64,000 nt of DNA from a virus, in the IMG/VR virus record IMGVR_UViG_3300025108_004499. One strand, written 5' to 3'. A program made the translations under genes and the position numbers. Positions 57,833-64,000 of the stretch are shown here, piece after piece. Under the pieces are notes generated by a model. The model made no database searches. It was given only the letters and a program-made list of their open reading frames with translations, and was not told the DNA's origin. Position 1 is the stretch's first letter; each line of letters starts with the position of its first letter.

Positions 57833-57887
57833 AATATAAAGTATTTATCAATAGTAGTCAACCTCTAATGGTGCAGTGGACTAAATA
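57833..57887. promoter_or_regulatory. Divergent promoter region
   Basis: Minus strand: TTGACT-N17-TATATT (57833-57861) and ATAAATA (57842-57848). Plus strand: TAAATA (57882-57887) before speD. Confidence 0.5.
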
Positions 57888-57907
57888 GAAACCAAAAAGG
57901 AACGGCT

Positions 57908-58270
57908 ATGTTGAAGCACAAACACATGATAATTAGAGCTGAAGTAAGCAATCCACCACAATGCGAGCAAACTATAGTCGATTGGGCTGGTAATTTAATA
58001 AGAGATATAGATATGAAGATAATGATGGGGCCATATGCTAAGTATTGTGAAATGCCGGGCAATAGAGGGTTTACGTGTGTTACTATTATTGAAACAAGTC
58101 ATATAGCAATACACGTTTGGGACGAAACCAGTCCTGCACTAGTACAACTAGATGTATATACATGTGGTGAATTACATAAAGATAAAGTATTTGATGCACT
58201 AGAACGCTGGGATCCAGTTAAAGTTGAATACAAATATTTAGATAGAGAAAAAGAACTTACGTTAGTTTAA
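57908..58270 (+). CDS. speD: S-adenosylmethionine decarboxylase proenzyme
   Basis: G.T.V.IIETSHIAIHVW.E...QLDVYTCG: pyruvoyl self-cleavage motif (ETSH in place of the usual ESH). Confidence 0.8.
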   Translation: MLKHKHMIIRAEVSNPPQCEQTIVDWAGNLIRDIDMKIMMGPYAKYCEMPGNRGFTCVTIIETSHIAIHVWDETSPALVQLDVYTCGELHKDKVFDALERWDPVKVEYKYLDREKELTLV

Positions 58271-59841
58271 GCTCTTGCGTATTGTGGAGTTGCTTTTTGT
58301 TGATCATCATTCCAAGTTATACCACCTTTGATCATAACATCACCGGCTTCAACTGCTTTTATCAACTCTGCTTGAGTACCAATTAGATAGTAATTCCTAT
58401 TCATAGAGTTTACAAACAATATGTTTTCTACTTCATCTTCTTTATTGTAACTATCATATGCTAGTGCAGAATAGTTAAGTTGAAACTTACTAACGTCGAT
58501 ACTGCCATCAGGTTCTACCATTGCAGAAATTCTTTTCTTCCAATTACTAACTTTTTTCCAACCATTAATAATACTTTTAAATGTTGCATCTAAAAGTTCT
58601 ACAGTGTCTTCAGGTTTGCCGTTTGGAATAAGAACTTCATTGTTTAAAACTTTTAACCCACTAGCATTAAAATTATACCTACTCGAAAGTTTCTTAGATA
58701 CTTTACCTTTTGAAGTCATTACGTTAAATGCACTCATGTAGCCTGGTTCTTTCATTGCACCTTTTTCGTCGTTTGGATTAATTTCTTTTATTTTAGGATT
58801 AATTCTTTTAACTTGTTTATTTAATTCTTGCCAACCAGAAGTACCAGCACCAATTCCTTTTGAATTTAACCTTGCTCCGTATAAACTACCTGGAGTCATT
58901 TGCTTACTATTGTATCCACTTCCTTTTAGTTCAAAGGCAACACCGTCTACTATTAGATCGCCTTTGTCATCTGCTTTTTTAGCAGGGTTACCTAATATTG
59001 CTAAACCTACTTCAGCAGGTCCATAATTTCCTGATGTTGTTCCGCCAGGAATAAACCCAAAGAATGCTGTTTTAATTTCTTCGTCAAATAAGTCTTTTAC
59101 GTCTTGATCTAGATTTTGATTAATATGATCATCAATCTTACCTTTCTTAGCCGCAACTAAACCTTTCATATCAATTACTTGACCTGCAATAGCATAATCT
59201 AAAAACTTATTAATTGTTTCTGGAGAAATATCTCTGTCCTCAACTGTGTTAATAATAGCTGTCATATGATTTAAAATACTTTTTTGTACAGCACTCATAT
59301 TAGTCTTATCTAATTGGCTTTCAGGAGTTAAACCTTCTGCTTTTTTAACAAGTAACTTTAATTTATTTCTTAATTCTCTTTTAAAGGTTTTTAGATCTTT
59401 TATAGTTTGCGTTCTTTCTTCGCCTCTTTCCTGTTTAATTTGTTCAGGAATTGCTTGTTCTAATGCTGAAATATCTTTTTGTAATTTCATAGCATCAGGA
59501 TTTTTACATACGTTTATTGGTTGCCCGCCACACATAGCATCAATGGTTTGCTTTATATTTGCAATAAGCATTTCTATTGGTGAAGTTGCTACAGCAACGT
59601 TTTCTTCAACAGACTCTTCTTTACCTTGATTAGCAAGAAGTTGTTTTGCTTTTTGTTGTAGTTTCTCTAACTGACTCTGAATTTTCTTATATATGCTAGG
59701 ATTTTCTTCTTTAGCATTATCTGCGGCAGTTGCAATGATGTCTAAGTTTTGATCTACATCGTCTTCAACTTTAGTAGGGCTAACAGCAGGTCTTAGAGCC
59801 TGTATTTCATCTTCACTTAATTTAAACTGACCGTAACGCAT
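58267..59841 (-). CDS. Large hypothetical protein with possible PD-(D/E)xK nuclease domain
   Basis: N-terminal coiled coil; GPAEVG...KGDLIVDGVAFELKG (E...D...ExK). Confidence 0.45.
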   Translation of the reverse strand: MRYGQFKLSEDEIQALRPAVSPTKVEDDVDQNLDIIATAADNAKEENPSIYKKIQSQLEKLQQKAKQLLANQGKEESVEENVAVATSPIEMLIANIKQTIDAMCGGQPINVCKNPDAMKLQKDISALEQAIPEQIKQERGEERTQTIKDLKTFKRELRNKLKLLVKKAEGLTPESQLDKTNMSAVQKSILNHMTAIINTVEDRDISPETINKFLDYAIAGQVIDMKGLVAAKKGKIDDHINQNLDQDVKDLFDEEIKTAFFGFIPGGTTSGNYGPAEVGLAILGNPAKKADDKGDLIVDGVAFELKGSGYNSKQMTPGSLYGARLNSKGIGAGTSGWQELNKQVKRINPKIKEINPNDEKGAMKEPGYMSAFNVMTSKGKVSKKLSSRYNFNASGLKVLNNEVLIPNGKPEDTVELLDATFKSIINGWKKVSNWKKRISAMVEPDGSIDVSKFQLNYSALAYDSYNKEDEVENILFVNSMNRNYYLIGTQAELIKAVEAGDVMIKGGITWNDDQQKATPQYARA

Positions 59842-60107
59842 TATACACTTACCTCAATATCAAAGTTATCATATCCTAAATCAAATAATTTGTTTGCTAT
59901 ATCTTCAGCAACTAAATCTGATTCTTCTTCGTCTAATTGTGCATGTGTTTCTACAGTAAGCACAGTTTTTCCATCTTCGCTTTCATTAAGACTATAATTT
60001 GTTTCACTTTCAAGCAATGCAGGTGAAGCCATAGTAGCTACTTCTGATACTACAATATCATCTAGTTCTTCTTTGTTATCAAAAATAACATTAATAAAAT
60101 TTTCCAT
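59841..60107 (-). CDS. Acidic hypothetical protein
   Basis: 88 aa; AGGA SD. Confidence 0.55.
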   Translation of the reverse strand: MENFINVIFDNKEELDDIVVSEVATMASPALLESETNYSLNESEDGKTVLTVETHAQLDEEESDLVAEDIANKLFDLGYDNFDIEVSV

Positions 60108-60115
60108 ATTACTTC

Positions 60116-60457
60116 CTAGTGATTAAGTCTAATGCTGTTTACAGTACCATCTGTGTATACTAGTTTTGCTCTAATATAAACAAAGTTACCTGTAAAGTTA
60201 GCATATTTAACGTCTGTTTGATTAGCAACGGTTACAGTATCTACGTCAAACCAGTCAGCGTCTGCTGGTGTAGTGGCTAGTGTTGCTTGTATAGTGATCG
60301 AACCTGTAAGACCTGCATAATCATACTGTACAGTATGAATACCATCTGATCTTCCATAGTATCCGTCACCCTTAAAATTACTTCCGGTTACAGTTTCAGT
60401 CGTACTGTCCCCTGGATGTGTGTTTGCTGATAAAATTATTTCGCTTGTGCTTGGCAT
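60116..60457 (-). CDS. Hypothetical (probable virion) protein
   Basis: Start at MPSTS, 5 nt after ATAAATA. KGDGYYGR.DG.HTV...NFTGNFV..RA; beta-rich. Confidence 0.55.
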   Translation of the reverse strand: MPSTSEIILSANTHPGDSTTETVTGSNFKGDGYYGRSDGIHTVQYDYAGLTGSITIQATLATTPADADWFDVDTVTVANQTDVKYANFTGNFVYIRAKLVYTDGTVNSIRLNH

Positions 60458-60461
60458 AATA

Positions 60462-61148
60462 CTATTTATGCAAATCGTTGCGTGAAACATATTTTATCAC
60501 ACGACGGATTTGACCTCCTAATGCTATTTTTGCTAACATAAGGTAACGTTCATTTTTAGCATAGAAGTAAAACCCTTCAGCAAAATGATTGTTACGTACA
60601 ACACGTTTAGCAACATTGCCTATTTTAAAGCCGTCTGGATTATTTTCACAGTAGTCTGCAAAATTAGGGTCAACTTTTTTACCTAGTAATGCTTTATATT
60701 GCCATACAACTTCCCCATCAACTAGTTCTGTGTTTGCATTTTGTAAAAGGTAATCAAATACATAATCATTTTCAGGCTCATACCATTGTGTAGCATCAAC
60801 TTGTTTTTGTAATTTTTCTAACCATTCAGGTTCGTTTGAATACATATCTAATGTGTATCCTTCGCAACGTACCATAGCATGTCTTTTATTTTTTTCTAGT
60901 GCATTGTATAAAACACAAGCATCCATAAATGTTTCTAATGTAACAGTTGTATTATGTTTACGCAACACATGATTAAAAGGACTTTGTATAGGTAATTCTG
61001 CTTCAGCATCTCTCTGCATAGCATCTAGTTTTGATTTAACATAACCTAAGTTAAGTCCTCGAAAGAGCGATGCAATACCGCTCTTTACACGAAGTTTGTA
61101 TAGGTACTTGTTATAGAATAACTTAGTTGTGTATAGCTTCTGTAACAT
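60462..61148 (-). CDS. Hypothetical protein
   Basis: 228 aa; TKLFYNKY.YK. Confidence 0.55.
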   Translation of the reverse strand: MLQKLYTTKLFYNKYLYKLRVKSGIASLFRGLNLGYVKSKLDAMQRDAEAELPIQSPFNHVLRKHNTTVTLETFMDACVLYNALEKNKRHAMVRCEGYTLDMYSNEPEWLEKLQKQVDATQWYEPENDYVFDYLLQNANTELVDGEVVWQYKALLGKKVDPNFADYCENNPDGFKIGNVAKRVVRNNHFAEGFYFYAKNERYLMLAKIALGGQIRRVIKYVSRNDLHK

Positions 61149-63381
61149 CTTTTACCTTTTCTTTGATAGGTTCTAGATGCAATTTATTATCAGCAACATC
61201 AATCTTTAAAGTACCGCCATCTTTGAGATCGCCAAATAATAGCATCTTACTTAGTGGACGTTTGATTTCTTTATCAATATATCTGTGCATTGGTCTTGCA
61301 CCCATCTTACTATCAAACCCATTTTCTACAAGATGATCAAGAGCATCGTCACTAATTTGACAAACAACATTTTTATCATCAAGCATTGTTCTAAGTTCAA
61401 GTAAGAACTTACCAACAATTTTTAACATAATAGGTTTTTCTAATTTACCAAATGTAACTACACCATCAAGTCTATTTCTAAATTCTGGAGCAAAGAAACG
61501 TTTGAATTCTTCATCGCCATAGTCTCCAGCAAAGTCTTGACTAAATCCAATAGTGTTTTTCTCAGCTTGTTCTGCACCTAAGTTAGTTGTAAGGATTAAG
61601 ATACAATTACGTGCATCAGCCTCTTTACCGTCACTTCCAGTAATCTTACCATTGTCCATAATCTGTAAAAGAATTTGTGCAATGTCTGGGTGTGCTTTTT
61701 CAATCTCATCAAGCAATAGAACACAGTTAGGATGTTCTTGTAGTTGATTAATCAACTGTCCTGAATGCTCGTCGTGTCCAACGTAGCCTGGAGGAGAACC
61801 AATTAATTTACTTACACTATGCTTTTCTTGATATTCTGACATATCAAAACGTGCAAGATGTATACTTAGATTCTTTGCAAGTTGTTTAGCAAGTTCAGTC
61901 TTACCAACACCTGTTGGACCCATGAATACAAATGATCCAATTGGCTTTTCTTCTGACTTAAGGCCTGCTTGTGCAACAAGAATCTTATCAACAATTTCTT
62001 CAATAGCATCATCTTGTCCGTAAACATTAAGTTTAAGATTATGGTCAAGACTTGCTAAATTATTAGTTTCTTTTTGTTGTATTTGTTCTGGAGGAAGATT
62101 TACAAACTTAGCAAGTTCAAATTTAATCTCTTCAGGACCAACAACACGATCTCCTGTAGCATTGTTTACTTTGAAACGTGAACATGCTAGGTCAATCAAG
62201 TCAATTGCTTTGTCAGGCAATTTCTTATCAGTAATATATTTTATTGAAAGTTTAACTGCTTCGTCAATTGCTTCTTCTGTAATAATTGTTTCGTGAAATT
62301 CTTCGTAGTACTTCTTAATACCATGTAAGATATCTGTTGTTGTTTTCTTATCAGGCTCGTCAACACTTACACGTTGGAATCTACGCATCAATGCACGATC
62401 CTTTTCAAAGTATTTACGATACTCGTCCCATGTAGTTGATGCAACAACTTTAATATCGCCTTTACCTAGTGCAGGCTTTAACATATTTGCTAGATCATTA
62501 CTACTGTTTGATCCGCCAGCACCAGCACCATTCATCATGTGTGCTTCGTCAATGAATACAATCGTTTTGCCTTGACGTTTAATAGCGGCCATAACTAATT
62601 TAAAACGTTCTTCAAAGTCTCCGCGGTATTTACTACCTGCTAACATAGCACCAATGTCTAAGTTGTATACTGAATACTCCTCAAGGAACGTTGGAACATC
62701 TTTATTAACAATACGATATGCTAGTCCTTCTGCAATAGCAGTTTTACCAACACCCGGATCACCTACTAATAGTACGTTGTTCTTTCCTCGACGTCCTAAT
62801 GACAAACAAATGCTTTCAATCTCGTCTTTGCGTCCAATAACAGGATCAATCTTACCATCTACAACTTCTTGATTTAAATTTGATGTAAATGCTTTAAGAG
62901 CCCGTTGTGCATGTCCTGCCATTTCTTCATCTTCAGCAGAGCCTACAAATTCGTTGTTAATATATGTGTTAAATGCTTCTTTTTCAACACCTGCTTTTGT
63001 AAGTGTATATGTTGAAAAACTTTTCTTTTCGTTTAGTAACGAAACAAATACATCACAAATATCAATATGCTGTCTACCACTAAACAATACTTGCGTAAAT
63101 GCTCTATTCATTACACGTTCTACTGTTTGTGTTTTCTTTGGCTTATATTTTGTGCCTGCAGGAACTTTAATATCATCAAGTTTTGTTTGAAGATAAGTTA
63201 AGATATCATTCTGCAAAGGTTGAACATCAATACCAAAACCTTTTAAGATATTTGTAAAATTTTCTGTGCATAGCATTGCAAACAACAGATGTTCTAATGT
63301 AACATATTCATGTTCCAATCTTTTAGCATCTTTAATTGCTTTGTCAAATACTACCTGTAACTCTTCGCTCGGTTCAACCAT
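61123..63381 (-). CDS. clpA: ATP-dependent Clp protease ATP-binding subunit ClpA
   Basis: Clp N-domain HEYVTLEHLL; two AAA modules (GDPGVGKT, GPTGVGKT); no ClpB middle coiled coil; IGF loop; MGARP. Confidence 0.9.
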   Translation of the reverse strand: MVEPSEELQVVFDKAIKDAKRLEHEYVTLEHLLFAMLCTENFTNILKGFGIDVQPLQNDILTYLQTKLDDIKVPAGTKYKPKKTQTVERVMNRAFTQVLFSGRQHIDICDVFVSLLNEKKSFSTYTLTKAGVEKEAFNTYINNEFVGSAEDEEMAGHAQRALKAFTSNLNQEVVDGKIDPVIGRKDEIESICLSLGRRGKNNVLLVGDPGVGKTAIAEGLAYRIVNKDVPTFLEEYSVYNLDIGAMLAGSKYRGDFEERFKLVMAAIKRQGKTIVFIDEAHMMNGAGAGGSNSSNDLANMLKPALGKGDIKVVASTTWDEYRKYFEKDRALMRRFQRVSVDEPDKKTTTDILHGIKKYYEEFHETIITEEAIDEAVKLSIKYITDKKLPDKAIDLIDLACSRFKVNNATGDRVVGPEEIKFELAKFVNLPPEQIQQKETNNLASLDHNLKLNVYGQDDAIEEIVDKILVAQAGLKSEEKPIGSFVFMGPTGVGKTELAKQLAKNLSIHLARFDMSEYQEKHSVSKLIGSPPGYVGHDEHSGQLINQLQEHPNCVLLLDEIEKAHPDIAQILLQIMDNGKITGSDGKEADARNCILILTTNLGAEQAEKNTIGFSQDFAGDYGDEEFKRFFAPEFRNRLDGVVTFGKLEKPIMLKIVGKFLLELRTMLDDKNVVCQISDDALDHLVENGFDSKMGARPMHRYIDKEIKRPLSKMLLFGDLKDGGTLKIDVADNKLHLEPIKEKVKDVTEAIHN

Positions 63382-63414
63382 AAATCATTATTCCTTTTCT
63401 ATAACTGTATTTAC

Positions 63415-63443
63415 ATTATACGATATCATAGTATTAAAGTCAA
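63415..63443 (-). promoter_or_regulatory. Sigma70 promoter for clpA
   Basis: TTGACT-N17-TATAAT. Confidence 0.75.
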
Positions 63444-64000
63444 CTATATTTTTTGCCAATTTGCTCAATAAGTCTCTTGTCCATTTCACTGAGCCCTGAC
63501 GGTGTTTGACCTATAATTTTAACTAAGATATTTCCTGGGTTGCCTTGTCTGTTTGGTAAGCCTTTGCCTGTAATTTTTAATATTGTGCCTGGTTGAGTTC
63601 CTCCGGGTATATTTAGATTAACTTTAGCACCACCCGGAACACTAATTGTAGTATATAAACCAGTAATTAGTTTTAAAACGTTCAATCTCTTCGTAGTAAT
63701 TAAATCTAATCCATGCACTTCAAACTCATTTGTGGATTGTACTACTACTTGTACAAATAAGTCTCCCGGCGGTACTTGCTGAATGTCTTGTTGACCCATT
63801 GCTGAGTATCTTACTTTGTCACCATTCCGCACACCTACAGGTATTTTAATATCAACAGTTTGTTCTAATCCGTTATTAAGCCTGTATGTAGCAAGAACAT
63901 TTTTACCAGTGTAAACTTCACCAATACTAATGTTACAACCTATCGTAATATCTTGATTACGCATTTGCCTACCACCAAATCCAAATTGGCCCATTAGATC
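63440..64000 (-). CDS. dnaJ: DnaJ/CbpA-type chaperone, C-terminal part (5'-partial)
   Basis: G/F linker, IP.GV..G, GDLFV and IPGGTQPG..L.I.GKGLP...GN..V. No Zn finger in the visible part; J-domain presumably outside the window. Confidence 0.75.
   Translation of the reverse strand, partial: DLMGQFGFGGRQMRNQDITIGCNISIGEVYTGKNVLATYRLNNGLEQTVDIKIPVGVRNGDKVRYSAMGQQDIQQVPPGDLFVQVVVQSTNEFEVHGLDLITTKRLNVLKLITGLYTTISVPGGAKVNLNIPGGTQPGTILKITGKGLPNRQGNPGNILVKIIGQTPSGLSEMDKRLIEQIGKKYS

Noticed and set aside
284-63499. Numerous short antisense or out-of-frame ORFs in the ORF track (e.g. 5745..6266, 27330..27683, 39229..39591, 51408..51821)
   Set aside because: They are shadows of well-supported genes on the other strand or frame, without SD or motifs.
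1-64000. Alternative genetic code (stop-codon reassignment)
   Set aside because: Long conserved genes (pol, clpA, folE) are intact in code 11, and TAA, TAG and TGA all end genes at tight junctions.
1-64000. tRNA, rRNA, CRISPR array, integrase or transposase
   Set aside because: None recognised by eye and intergenic gaps are mostly under 100 nt. A tRNAscan/Infernal run would be needed to exclude small RNAs.
1-64000. Cellular or eukaryotic giant-virus origin, suggested by clpA, dnaJ, folE and many metabolic genes
   Set aside because: Tail fibres, T4-like pol and RNase H, SD sites, sigma70 and TAAATA promoters and overlapping gene packing indicate a large bacteriophage.

Overview
AT-rich, densely coding 64-kb segment of a large lytic tailed dsDNA phage with distant T4-like features: family-B DNA polymerase, probable sliding clamp, RNase H, sigma70-type early promoters and TAAATA-type late promoters. 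Four blocks are visible. (1) 1-2.1 kb: tail fibre and tail structural genes. (2) About 2.2-27 kb: a roughly 35-gene 'tailoring enzyme' island with 4 GT-A-like glycosyltransferases, 7 radical SAM enzymes plus free SPASM-like modules, about 10 Fe(II)/2OG-type oxygenases, methyl-, sulfo- and PLP-dependent enzymes, a nitroreductase, a desaturase and a QueC-like ATPase. It is transcribed convergently (strand switch at about 23.1 kb) and bounded by tail-fibre genes. (3) About 28-52 kb (minus strand): replication and early genes interleaved with a 7-deazaguanine DNA-modification set (DpdA/TGT-like, FolE, QueD-like, QueE). This set also contains a glycosyltransferase, nucleotide-sugar enzymes, a PRTase and a HIT hydrolase, but no local QueC, which suggests a sugar-decorated deazaguanine. 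(4) About 52.7-64 kb: probable head-packaged proteins sharing a capsid-targeting-like N-terminus, then AdoMetDC, ClpA and a partial DnaJ. Notable cis features: a recurring late-promoter-N5-ATG (leaderless) arrangement, a start-codon-occluding hairpin overlapping a late promoter, and a small hairpin/pseudoknot candidate in the folE leader. No tRNA, rRNA, CRISPR array or integrase was recognised by eye. All functional calls come from motif reading, not database searches.
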